Shown: positions 19,390-28,468 of the stretch, in pieces
Layout of the letters: each line of letters opens with the position of its first letter
How positions within the stretch are numbered: the stretch's first letter is position 1
Source: a virus
DNA: 64,000 bases
Strand: one strand, 5' to 3'
Virus record (IMG/VR): IMGVR_UViG_3300017752_000004
Location: 1-64,000 of that record
Notes under the pieces: generated by a model
Databases searched by the model: none
The model's input: only the letters and a program-made list of their open reading frames with translations
What the model was told of the DNA's origin: nothing
Program-made: the position numbers and the translations under genes

Positions 19390-20391
19390 TTAATATCGCT
19401 TTGTCAAGTGTTTTGGGCAGCCTCCATAGTGTTTTACTTCATGACTGCCGCCCTCTGGAACCATCTCCTTGTCAAAATCATCTTGGAAGCATGAAGAAGC
19501 AAATTCTCCATCTTTGTTTTTAATTTCAACGTAGAAAAAATCAAACTTATACGGACAATGCCACATCACAGTGCCATCTTTTTTGAGTTGTCCTTTTTCT
19601 TTTGCAAAGCCGCATTGAAGTTTGCCGCCGAAGGAGCCGTCGGAAGGGAAGCCTTTATCTAAAGCAAAGTTAGATACCGCATTTTTTTCATCAAAATTTT
19701 CCAAATAATCTTGGATTGATGCCAATTGCAATTCAAAACCTTCTAGATCGTCTTCTTCAATAGGGTCCATCTTCATTAGTCCGTTTTTGTTTAAGTCAAA
19801 CTTTAAAAACAAGAATTCTGAAGTTCTATTCGCGTATTCTGGGAATAGGTGCTTGATGGCCAAGCAATACATATAGTCTTGTAGGTTGTCTTCTTTTTCT
19901 TTACCTTCAAACATCTTTTTGCTTGTTTTGTAATCTCGGATAATAGCTATCTTTTTATCCTTATACAGAAAGAGTTGGTCAATAAAGCCTCGGATATGGT
20001 ATCCGTTTTTCTCGATGTCAAAGCCTAACTCGGAATGAGCTTCGTCTGGCACGCCCAAGTCTTCCCCGTGGAAATTACAACTAAGGCCATTGAGAATCAT
20101 CTCTTTGATCATAGTCATGTTGTCTTCGTCTGTCACCCCTAGTTCTGTAGCATCTGACATGATCAAATCCTTGACAGCTTTAGCGGCAAAAGGATCTTGA
20201 GCTTTTACAACTTTATTAAAGTGAGTCTTCGTCTTTTCCTTTGAAAGAAATTCAAAAACATTGTGACACACAGTGCCTCGTCTAGCTCCATCATTATTAG
20301 TGTCTGGTAGTTTTTGCTTGTATTTTGTCCAGTAGATCCAACTACACGATTGCGCCGTCTTAATGCGACTTGCTGATAATTTAACTTCCAT
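19390..20391 (-). CDS. PD-(D/E)xK exonuclease (AddB/Cas4-like)
   Basis: LSASRIKTAQSCSW, GTVCH, IRGFID...IRDYKT, Q...Y; additional Cys residues suggest an Fe-S cluster. Confidence 0.85.
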   Translation of the reverse strand: MEVKLSASRIKTAQSCSWIYWTKYKQKLPDTNNDGARRGTVCHNVFEFLSKEKTKTHFNKVVKAQDPFAAKAVKDLIMSDATELGVTDEDNMTMIKEMILNGLSCNFHGEDLGVPDEAHSELGFDIEKNGYHIRGFIDQLFLYKDKKIAIIRDYKTSKKMFEGKEKEDNLQDYMYCLAIKHLFPEYANRTSEFLFLKFDLNKNGLMKMDPIEEDDLEGFELQLASIQDYLENFDEKNAVSNFALDKGFPSDGSFGGKLQCGFAKEKGQLKKDGTVMWHCPYKFDFFYVEIKNKDGEFASSCFQDDFDKEMVPEGGSHEVKHYGGCPKHLTKRY

Positions 20392-21424
20392 TTAAAATTT
20401 TGATTAATTTTTTGCAGTGAGTGTTTTTTGATAACGCCTCGTTTGATTTAATTTGCTTCAAGACATACTGTTGAAATTTGTCATCTCCCAGGCTCCATTT
20501 GTTGCATCGTCCGTGCCATTCCGTAAAGCCGCTAAGTTTGCCTGTGTCGGATTCTAGCATATCTCCAAAATCATTACATAGAGGCGGGTTTATTTTAATC
20601 ACCGAAAGATCAAACACAGAAGCCAGCTTTGAAGCTATCTTAATTGACGCCAAGGCCCCAGAGTTTGTTTGCTTGGTGTTATCATTGTTTGTCGCTATAA
20701 CAATCCTATGAAGATCAAAAGAATTTAAATAAGATATAAGCGCTGGCGAAGCGTCCAGCCCAAAAGTAACCAATACGTTTTTAAAACCAGCTTCATATAG
20801 AGCAAGGCAGTCCCCGATACTCTCCACTAAGATAACTTCGTTAAGGTCTTCTATCGGCTTGTGAGAGAGCTGGTGAGGGTAGACCCATCCACTCTTACGT
20901 CCCATGTGTTTCCATTTTGGAATATGCTCATCGTTAGTGACTGAGCGGCCAGAAAAGCCATGAATTTGTCCATCTAGGTTATGGATAGGAAAAACTATAC
21001 GGCGGTACATCTTACCTCCCCCAGCGTAGCCGCATTTAAATTCATCTTGAATAGATGAAGATACCCCCCTTTTCTCGTAGAAGGTTTTCATTGGCAGTAG
21101 TTTTTCTAAATGTGATTCTGGGTAAATTTTTTCCATTTCTATAACGTCTTCTTTCTTTGTCTCAAACCCTTTTTGGTCTGGATTATTGACCATATACTCT
21201 TTGAGAGCTTTAGGGTCTTCTGTTTTTAAAGTCTCCTTGATTAGAGCGGTAAAAGGTTTTGCTTGGTCATCTCCGCCAAAATCCCTCCATACTCCAGAGT
21301 CTTTATATATTATAAGGGAAGTATTTGTTTTTCCATTGCGGAAGGTTGCGCGAGTTCTCCAGTGAGAGCCGCAATCTTGCAAGACATAACCTAACTTCTC
21401 TAATGAATGTTTGTACTCACTCAT
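20381..21424 (-). CDS. DnaG-type primase (TOPRIM)
   Basis: RRIVFPI...IHGFSGR, PKWKH, ILVESIGD, ATNND, DFGDM. Confidence 0.85.
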   Translation of the reverse strand: MSEYKHSLEKLGYVLQDCGSHWRTRATFRNGKTNTSLIIYKDSGVWRDFGGDDQAKPFTALIKETLKTEDPKALKEYMVNNPDQKGFETKKEDVIEMEKIYPESHLEKLLPMKTFYEKRGVSSSIQDEFKCGYAGGGKMYRRIVFPIHNLDGQIHGFSGRSVTNDEHIPKWKHMGRKSGWVYPHQLSHKPIEDLNEVILVESIGDCLALYEAGFKNVLVTFGLDASPALISYLNSFDLHRIVIATNNDNTKQTNSGALASIKIASKLASVFDLSVIKINPPLCNDFGDMLESDTGKLSGFTEWHGRCNKWSLGDDKFQQYVLKQIKSNEALSKNTHCKKLIKILNGS

Positions 21425-22938
21425 AGATCATCGAAGGATGGAATGTCAGAAGAATCACTTGAGGCTAAATTGCCCCCATGATTTCTGAAACTCATAATGT
21501 CTCGCAAGTCTCCACATTCTGTAATGTTGAAATTATGGAACGAAAGGTTCATGAAATTCTTACGAAGGGTGTCGTCTACCTGCACGGGCTCTACTGCCCC
21601 AGCAATATCCTTACCTAAGTGTCGGGACTTAACATTGATTAATTTATGAGTTCCAAACTGAGGTCCCTCTTCTGCAATTTCATCGTTTGTTTTTTGACGA
21701 AGAATAAACATATGCGAGCAAAATTGAGTGATTCGGTCTGAAAGAGAAACGATAGATTCGTCGTCAACGATATTAGCGCTCTGTCTGTTAGTTGTAATAC
21801 CGCTTCTGTTGGATTGTACAGAAGTGATCATTGGTATCACTGGATTGCCATCTTCAAGTATTTCTTTTTGGATGCATTTTTTAAATTTGTCTACCATTTC
21901 ACCGACTGTTTGCCATTCGCTTTTACTCCCGCCCCCGCTATCTGAAGAAGTTTTAATGTAGTCAAAGGAAAAAATCATTTTATTGCCTCGACCAACTTTT
22001 GAATAGTAAAACCTTTTAAGACTATTAATCATTGAATCAACATCCATTCCACCAACATTGTAGTAGTAGAATTTTAAATTTTTAACCTTCTTCCACACTG
22101 CTCTTACTTTTTGAACAGTTTCCGCTCCAGCCTGTCTCCACTTGCCGCTTTCTAGTAAATAGGATGGCACGCCAGATAGTGCAGCACATTGCCGAATAAT
22201 CAATTCTTCCTTGCTCATCTCGCCATTATCAAAATGAAGAACTGGGACATCGTATTTTGCTGAAACCTTGGTGGAGTAATCCATGCAGTACTGCGTCTTA
22301 CCCACACCAGAGCGAGCAACAATAACCGTAATATTTCCTGGACGGAGAAGAGAGCCGTAAATATCATTGATTTTTTCGTGAGGCCCCATCATGCCAAATT
22401 CCTCTAGTGGGTTATTGCCGCGCTCTTCAATGAACTCTTCCATTCCTTCGAAAATGTTTTCTGGAACATCAGATCCAATTTCGAACATATTGATGTTCTC
22501 GTTATAAATCTGATCAGCAGACTCGATGATCTTTAGGTAAGGCATGTCCGCAGAAAGAGCCTTCATAGAATCAGCTATTTTCTTGGCAGTCTTACTGATT
22601 TCTCTGCGAACGCTATACTTCTTCAACTCCTTGATTGACGACTCAATCTTTCCTTCAGAGTGGATCTTGCGCATGGATAACGAGCGAACGTAATCTATCA
22701 ATGAAATGTTTTCTTCAAACTTAATCCCAAGATCTTGGATTCTTTGGACTAAGACGATATCGTCAATTTGCTCGTCTCGCTCAGAAGCTCTCTTTAGAAC
22801 GGCGAACAGCGTTCTATGCAAAAGAGAATTGTCATAAAAATCAGACTCTCCAATAAGATGCATGAAATTAAACAGAACCTTTGGTTTTTGAATAAAGGCT
22901 GCTAGGACTTGCTTTTCTATTTCGAGACTATATATCAT
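21421..22938 (-). CDS. dnaB: Replicative DnaB-like helicase
   Basis: IEKQVLAA N-terminus, ARSGVGKT, NGEMS, FDYI, SVQSNR, KSRH; start set at MIYSLE. Confidence 0.9.
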   Translation of the reverse strand: MIYSLEIEKQVLAAFIQKPKVLFNFMHLIGESDFYDNSLLHRTLFAVLKRASERDEQIDDIVLVQRIQDLGIKFEENISLIDYVRSLSMRKIHSEGKIESSIKELKKYSVRREISKTAKKIADSMKALSADMPYLKIIESADQIYNENINMFEIGSDVPENIFEGMEEFIEERGNNPLEEFGMMGPHEKINDIYGSLLRPGNITVIVARSGVGKTQYCMDYSTKVSAKYDVPVLHFDNGEMSKEELIIRQCAALSGVPSYLLESGKWRQAGAETVQKVRAVWKKVKNLKFYYYNVGGMDVDSMINSLKRFYYSKVGRGNKMIFSFDYIKTSSDSGGGSKSEWQTVGEMVDKFKKCIQKEILEDGNPVIPMITSVQSNRSGITTNRQSANIVDDESIVSLSDRITQFCSHMFILRQKTNDEIAEEGPQFGTHKLINVKSRHLGKDIAGAVEPVQVDDTLRKNFMNLSFHNFNITECGDLRDIMSFRNHGGNLASSDSSDIPSFDDL

Positions 22939-22947
22939 ATATAACGC

Positions 22948-22975
22948 ATAATACATGCGCCGTAGACATTGTCAA
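22948..22975 (-). promoter_or_regulatory. Sigma70-like promoter of dnaB
   Basis: TTGACA-16 nt-TATTAT, 9 nt before ATG. Confidence 0.65.
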
Positions 22976-22978
22976 GGG

Positions 22979-23221
22979 TTAATCTAGCTCTTCCGCTTCA
23001 ATTATATTTTGAGAATACTCTTTAGTGTAGTTTTCAATAGATTTTATCAACCCAGACTCTGTTATTTGGGATTCGCAATTTGTATAAATAATTGGGGTTC
23101 CATCCTCGTTACAATAAGCCATTATAAAGCCTTTGTAGCACTCCGCAGAACCAGTAAGTTCATATAATTGTCGTAAAATTTTATCTGGAAGCTCGAATTG
23201 CTTGAATTTTGGTTTATCCAT
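22979..23221 (-). CDS. Hypothetical protein
   Basis: 80 aa; GTGTAA 10 nt upstream. Confidence 0.65.
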   Translation of the reverse strand: MDKPKFKQFELPDKILRQLYELTGSAECYKGFIMAYCNEDGTPIIYTNCESQITESGLIKSIENYTKEYSQNIIEAEELD

Positions 23222-23236
23222 GTGAATTATTTTACA

Positions 23237-23638
23237 CTACCCCAAAAGTTTTGCGAAAAATTCTTCTGACAATTCATCATCTGGGTATATTTGGAGTAGT
23301 TCTATTTTATTTATCTCACAAAAATCCATTTTTTTATCATCTCTACGTATTTGGCTTAAAAAATTAGCTCTAGTTCTATGAAAAAACGCAACAAACTTCA
23401 AGTGTTGTGCGCCTTGCACTTCTATAGCTATACCTTTAGTGTGGTTGTAAAAATCTAGAGAGAGTTGAGTGCCAACCACCTTAAATTCTTCGTACACGGC
23501 GTCATATTTCCAGTATTGATAAAGATACTTTCTAACTTCGGCCTGAAACTTACTACGGCACTTGCCATTCCACTTTATTTTATACTTATGAGCGTTTCTT
23601 AAGTTTTTTTCTTTGCCATGTAGGGTTTTAAATTTCAT
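23237..23638 (-). CDS. Vsr/DUF559-like PD-(D/E)xK endonuclease
   Basis: SKFQ, LSLDFY...IAIEVQGAQH, RRDDKK..FC. Confidence 0.75.
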   Translation of the reverse strand: MKFKTLHGKEKNLRNAHKYKIKWNGKCRSKFQAEVRKYLYQYWKYDAVYEEFKVVGTQLSLDFYNHTKGIAIEVQGAQHLKFVAFFHRTRANFLSQIRRDDKKMDFCEINKIELLQIYPDDELSEEFFAKLLG

Positions 23639-23698
23639 AAACGAGTAACCCTCCTGGTGCGCATCGTGGAGTGGCGTGGAGGGTGTTGTTAGGGTTAT

Positions 23699-24811
23699 TT
23701 ACACCAATTCTGTAATATTGGATTTAAAATAATTTATCAAAAACTCAGACAAACTTTTGTTTTCTTCAATAAAATTGAATACATTGGCTTCTCCATGAAT
23801 TTTTTCTGGAACATCTGGGCAAAAATCTTTAACCATTTCTTTCAACTCTTCGCCAACGGTAATCCATGCTCCTTTTTTACTGATAAACTCCCACATATAC
23901 AACAAATCTACAAGTTCTTTTTCAACCCAGATTGACGTGCCGTTAGTTCTTCCGTAGCGAATTGGGTAAGGTATTGTGTTGTTTGTCTTTTCGTTAGGGG
24001 ATTTTTTGATAGAAGCTTTGGCCCAATGCCCAATAATTGGATTAGTTTTAGGGCAGGGTTGCTTTTTAGATGGATCTTGCAAAATCATATCCCCCCTATA
24101 CCTAGGTTCAAATTCAATAATATAATTAGCGAAGTGAAGTAAGGCGTTGCCTCCAGTTGCGGATGTCTGACGCACAGGAGCCTTTGAGTATGGGTCAATC
24201 TTAATGTCTGCCCTCACTTGGCTGATGAAGATGGCCATATGGCCCCTTTTTGTGAGTTTAATAGACATTCTCTTCATAAAGTTGGCTGCGATGACCGCAC
24301 CGCCAGCAACTTTGTTAGAATCGTAAAACGATTTTTCTATATCCTGCTTAGAAATCAACCCATCCACTGAGTCTAGAATAAAACAATATTTAAATTTATC
24401 TTCGTTTTTCTCGACCAAAGTATGTATTGCGTCAACTACAACCTCATAAATATTACTCTCAAAAACAAAACAAGTTCCTTGTACCCAGTCTTTAGCTGAA
24501 AAAACAAATCTTACGCCAGATCTTTTCATCATTTCATTCGAAAGCCGACCTTCAGCTTTGATATAAAACCCTTTAGACCCTGGAACGTCATTTAGCATAT
24601 TTTTCATAACCTCCAATGAGGCCGATGTTTTGCCTCCCTCGTTCATTCCAACGAAACGATGTAGGCCAGGGCCGAATCCCCCATTAAGCATTAAATCAAG
24701 TTGCAGGGAGCCGCTCGAAGCTTTATAATCGATAGCATCTTCGAAGTTGTAATGATCTTCCTTTTTGTCTTTAAGAAATTTTTCTAGTAGTTCTGAATCT
24801 TTATCGCTCAT
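23699..24811 (-). CDS. recA: RecA/UvsX recombinase
   Basis: SSGSLQLDLMLNGG, GMNEGGKT, ILDSVDGL, FISQVR, TGGNALLHFA, KKGAW. Confidence 0.9.
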   Translation of the reverse strand: MSDKDSELLEKFLKDKKEDHYNFEDAIDYKASSGSLQLDLMLNGGFGPGLHRFVGMNEGGKTSASLEVMKNMLNDVPGSKGFYIKAEGRLSNEMMKRSGVRFVFSAKDWVQGTCFVFESNIYEVVVDAIHTLVEKNEDKFKYCFILDSVDGLISKQDIEKSFYDSNKVAGGAVIAANFMKRMSIKLTKRGHMAIFISQVRADIKIDPYSKAPVRQTSATGGNALLHFANYIIEFEPRYRGDMILQDPSKKQPCPKTNPIIGHWAKASIKKSPNEKTNNTIPYPIRYGRTNGTSIWVEKELVDLLYMWEFISKKGAWITVGEELKEMVKDFCPDVPEKIHGEANVFNFIEENKSLSEFLINYFKSNITELV

Positions 24812-25164
24812 TTAAATAGTTCTTTTGTGTTCTTTGGTTTATTATCCACTGGAACGTAGTCGTTTCCAGTCTTTTCTCCTAAATCGAACGTACCGTATTT
24901 AGATAGATCAGCTTTAAAATTGAAATTTCTCCATTTTCTGTCCATCGGCTTTACTAATGGTTGGGAAACGATGTACGCGAGACTGTCGTACTTCTTGGGG
25001 AATGTAGCTACCTCTAAGAACTCCAATGAGTATCTATCTTCAAGGTCCTTCAAAAGCTTCATTTCTCTAGCCCAAAAAAACCTTTTACCGTTTTTTGGTA
25101 CATCCACCAATCTTTCAATGACGGCCTGTCTTCTTTTATGCGGAGTTAGCTTTTTTGATGTCAT
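24808..25164 (-). CDS. Hypothetical protein
   Basis: Overlaps recA start and gmd end. Confidence 0.6.
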   Translation of the reverse strand: MTSKKLTPHKRRQAVIERLVDVPKNGKRFFWAREMKLLKDLEDRYSLEFLEVATFPKKYDSLAYIVSQPLVKPMDRKWRNFNFKADLSKYGTFDLGEKTGNDYVPVDNKPKNTKELFK

Positions 25165-27220
25165 TTTCAACCATCCTACGAACTAGTGTAGCAAAGTCAA
25201 CACTTTTTTCCCAATTTAAATCTTTTTGAGCTTCAGATGGATCTCCCAGTAAAAGTTCAACCTCCGCTGGCCTATAAAAGTCTGGGTTTACCTTAACTAA
25301 AGAAATCTCAGATGTAGATTTTCCAAGAAGATTAAATTTTTCATCTACCCCGCTGCCGCTCCAAGAGCCTTTAATGCCAGCGTTTTCGAAAGCTAACTCT
25401 ACAAACTCACGCACCGTATGGGTTTCCCCAGAAGCCAGAAGATAGTCTTTTGGCTCATCTCCGTTCAGCATTAACCAAACCGCACTCACGAAGTCTTCTG
25501 CGTGGCTCCAATCTCTCTTGGCGTCCATATTGCCTAACTCAAGTAAATCAAAGTCGAGATCACCTTCAGATAGACATTTAGAAATTCTAGCCACAGCTTT
25601 GGTAATTTTTCTAGTTACAAACTCTTCTCCCCTACGCTCTGAATTGCCAACTTTAATTTTACCCACTCCGCCAGAAAAGTAACCCGTCTCAGTTTCAATA
25701 TCATATACAAAGCAGTCTTCCACATCTCTAGCTATTGTTTTTTTAATTTCTTTCTTATTTTTTAGTAAATGGACGCCCTTTTTAGAACCACTTAATAAAT
25801 TGACTTGATAATAAATTTTTTCATTTTGTTCAAAAACATTTATATTAAAATCTTTATTAGTTATTTCTTCAAAAATTAAAATTAACCCATGAGCCAAAAT
25901 TGGAGAATTAGTCTTAAAGGATGCCCAATTAACGTCCAGAAAATCGGGTTCTCCATTTTTTAAGCCATCACAAGCGTAATACGCCTTAAAGAACTCTTCT
26001 TTGCAATGTTTTCCACTGTTTAAAATATTATCTGGAACTTTTTTGTGCTTAGTCTTTTTGTCATATATCTCCTCCCTGTATGTTTTGCAAACTTTTGATA
26101 TGCCAGATACTGTAACTCTTTTAGAACCTTCTCCACCAAAACCAGATGGAGCATTTTCAATTCTGCATTTTGCATTAGAATGAGTTTGCTCTATACATTC
26201 AATAAAATCGTTCAAGATTTCAACGCTTTGATTTACAAACTGTATTTCATATTCGCTTACATAGCCATCGCCAACAAGATACCCTAGTATTTTGCATTGT
26301 TGAGGGGTTAAATTTATTTTTGAGAAAAGATTGGGTAATGATAAATGATCAATTTCGTCTTTGATTTTTAGTTTTTTGACTTGAGTTTTTTCTGCATTTA
26401 AAAACAAAGAATGATTAGGGGTCGTCTCTACGACTCCGTTTCTAGTGTTTGTTAAGACTAATTTTTGATTAGTTTTTTCTAGCGTATTTATTTTTTTTCT
26501 AGAAATAGCTTTGATGTTCACAAAAGATTCTCCATCCCAAATCTTTAAATTATCAAATTCTTTGGTAAGGATAGAATTTTCTTTCGATATATCTGCCCTT
26601 TCTGGCATTAAATTTCTAATATAATCTATTCTTATTTTTCCTTCCTTTGAAATCAATACAGGTGTATTTGCTGACAGGCATTCATGATTAAACAAATAAC
26701 CCTGAACAGCAAAAAGATCATAGGAATCCCGCCAAACTTTGACAATTTGTCTAGCTGCAACTTTTGACGCCCCATAGGGGCTTCTAGGTCTAGACGGGTG
26801 ATTTAAATCTTGCGGGCTATACGCAACATCGCCAAACTCTTCCGATGAACCAGCATTATAGTATTTACAATCAGGGCAGTACTTACGGATTGCTTCAAGT
26901 TGATGAAGGACTCCCATTGTATTGTTTTGAAAATGATTAACTGGCATTCTCCAGCTATTACCAACAAAAGAATTAGCAGCAAAATTAATAAAATAATCTG
27001 GCTTAATCTCCTCAACACAGGATCTAATGCTATGCTCATCCCCGAGATCCATTTCGACAAGCTCAAAGTTTGGGTCTTTAATATGCTTAATATTATCGTG
27101 ATTTGGAACACTTAATCTACGGATAGCTCCATAAACCTTACAGTCAGTGAATTTCAAAAGAAAGTCTGCCATGTATGATCCGACTTGCCCCGTTACGCCT
27201 GTTACTATTACTTTTTTCAT
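25136..27220 (-). CDS. gmd: GDP-mannose 4,6-dehydratase containing an intein
   Basis: VTGVTGQVGSY, AANSFV..SW, GSSEEFG, PRSPYGASK, FNHE|S.RRG.EFVTRKI, LGNMDAKRDW.HA.D, FYRPAEV. Confidence 0.95.
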   Translation of the reverse strand: MKKVIVTGVTGQVGSYMADFLLKFTDCKVYGAIRRLSVPNHDNIKHIKDPNFELVEMDLGDEHSIRSCVEEIKPDYFINFAANSFVGNSWRMPVNHFQNNTMGVLHQLEAIRKYCPDCKYYNAGSSEEFGDVAYSPQDLNHPSRPRSPYGASKVAARQIVKVWRDSYDLFAVQGYLFNHECLSANTPVLISKEGKIRIDYIRNLMPERADISKENSILTKEFDNLKIWDGESFVNIKAISRKKINTLEKTNQKLVLTNTRNGVVETTPNHSLFLNAEKTQVKKLKIKDEIDHLSLPNLFSKINLTPQQCKILGYLVGDGYVSEYEIQFVNQSVEILNDFIECIEQTHSNAKCRIENAPSGFGGEGSKRVTVSGISKVCKTYREEIYDKKTKHKKVPDNILNSGKHCKEEFFKAYYACDGLKNGEPDFLDVNWASFKTNSPILAHGLILIFEEITNKDFNINVFEQNEKIYYQVNLLSGSKKGVHLLKNKKEIKKTIARDVEDCFVYDIETETGYFSGGVGKIKVGNSERRGEEFVTRKITKAVARISKCLSEGDLDFDLLELGNMDAKRDWSHAEDFVSAVWLMLNGDEPKDYLLASGETHTVREFVELAFENAGIKGSWSGSGVDEKFNLLGKSTSEISLVKVNPDFYRPAEVELLLGDPSEAQKDLNWEKSVDFATLVRRMVENDIKKANSA
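25643..26680 (-). mobile_element. Intein with LAGLIDADG homing endonuclease (346 aa) in gmd
   Basis: Starts CLSANT after FNHE; block B TTPNH; LGYLVGDG and KAYYACDG; block F VYDIET; ends KVGN followed by Ser; removal restores FNHESERRG. Confidence 0.92.
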
Positions 27221-27221
27221 A

Positions 27222-28034
27222 TTAAATAAATCTATTTTCTATATAGTAATTTGTTGGATGGTATATTTCTAGTTCTTTGTCTAAAAGTATTTTACCCCCA
27301 TTAGATATGATTTGAGAGCATAGCCCTTTAAAAGCTTCATTATCAAAATTCAAATCTTTAACATCAGAAGCTCTAACCAGGCAGCAAGATCCCACGGAAT
27401 CCATTTCCATATATCTTTCTTTCGTTAAATAATATTCTATATTATATGGGGGTTGGTTTGTCCAAGTTGATCCATTTTTGTTTTTGTAGGCCCATGTATC
27501 ATAGAAAACTTTTTCACTATTTAGTAATTTTCCATCTTTGCTTTTGACAAACCCACCTGGTCTCATAACCAATTTGGCAAATATTATTGGGGAAATTGCG
27601 GAGATTGTTTTATCTGATTCCATTTTTTCAACCAACTGATTTATGGTATCTTTTTGTGGAAAAATCAAATCCGATTCTGTCCATAAAATATAATCGGGGT
27701 TGAAATTTTTAGCAAAGGAAAAAAGCAGATTGGCTAAAAACCCAAGAGCATTAATTCTTTTAGCGGACGAAACAGACCTTACTGGACCAAAATCTAAATC
27801 GTCACTTAATTTCAAGAAATTGACATTCTTGTTCTTTTTTTGGTTAATTCTGATATGCCTCTCTGTCTCATCTTGAGAGTCGTTTTCTAGGACATTTATA
27901 GATAGATTAAAATTTTTATTTAAATTTTGTTTTTGCTCCTCAATCGTATTAAAAAAACGATTAACTTGATCCGTTTCTATGCTGTGCCAACGAACAGAGT
28001 CTTTAAAGAGGGAGCATATGGCTATATTTTTCAT
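27222..28034 (-). CDS. GT-A (GT2/Anp1-like) glycosyltransferase
   Basis: LENDSQD, DYILWTESDL, FYDTWA, MDSVGSCCLV, IYHP. Confidence 0.75.
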   Translation of the reverse strand: MKNIAICSLFKDSVRWHSIETDQVNRFFNTIEEQKQNLNKNFNLSINVLENDSQDETERHIRINQKKNKNVNFLKLSDDLDFGPVRSVSSAKRINALGFLANLLFSFAKNFNPDYILWTESDLIFPQKDTINQLVEKMESDKTISAISPIIFAKLVMRPGGFVKSKDGKLLNSEKVFYDTWAYKNKNGSTWTNQPPYNIEYYLTKERYMEMDSVGSCCLVRASDVKDLNFDNEAFKGLCSQIISNGGKILLDKELEIYHPTNYYIENRFI

Positions 28035-28045
28035 ATCAACGTATA

Positions 28046-28468
28046 CTAATTGCTGCCAATGAAAAGTCTAGAAAAATAATAACTCTTATCGCATTCTGAT
28101 GTTTTTGTGAATCTAAATTTTTTATACAAACCAACTGCTTCTGGGTTAAGCTTATGTACTGATAATTTTAAATTTATTTTACACTGGTCGGCGTAATTGG
28201 TTAAATAGCTCATTAGTTTTGTCCCATAACCTAATTTAACTTTAGATTCAACAATACATATTCCAAGCCAAACCGTTTCTCCATCTTTATCTAGGTGGCC
28301 ATAGCCAACTGGATTGTCGTCTTCATATAAAAGAATTGTAATTATATGGTTATTTAAAGAACCCAAATCTCTTGTATTGAAATATGTAAATGTATCAGAT
28401 GAGCTACCCATCTGTTCTATAAAAAGTTTTATGTCTTTATTGTTTTTGCCTACCTCTTTAAGCATCAT
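28046..28468 (-). CDS. GNAT acetyltransferase (candidate amino-sugar N-acetyltransferase)
   Basis: VGYGHL..WLGICI...GYGTKLM, N..AVGLYKKF.F; coupled to the aminotransferase gene. Confidence 0.8.
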   Translation of the reverse strand: MMLKEVGKNNKDIKLFIEQMGSSSDTFTYFNTRDLGSLNNHIITILLYEDDNPVGYGHLDKDGETVWLGICIVESKVKLGYGTKLMSYLTNYADQCKINLKLSVHKLNPEAVGLYKKFRFTKTSECDKSYYFSRLFIGSN

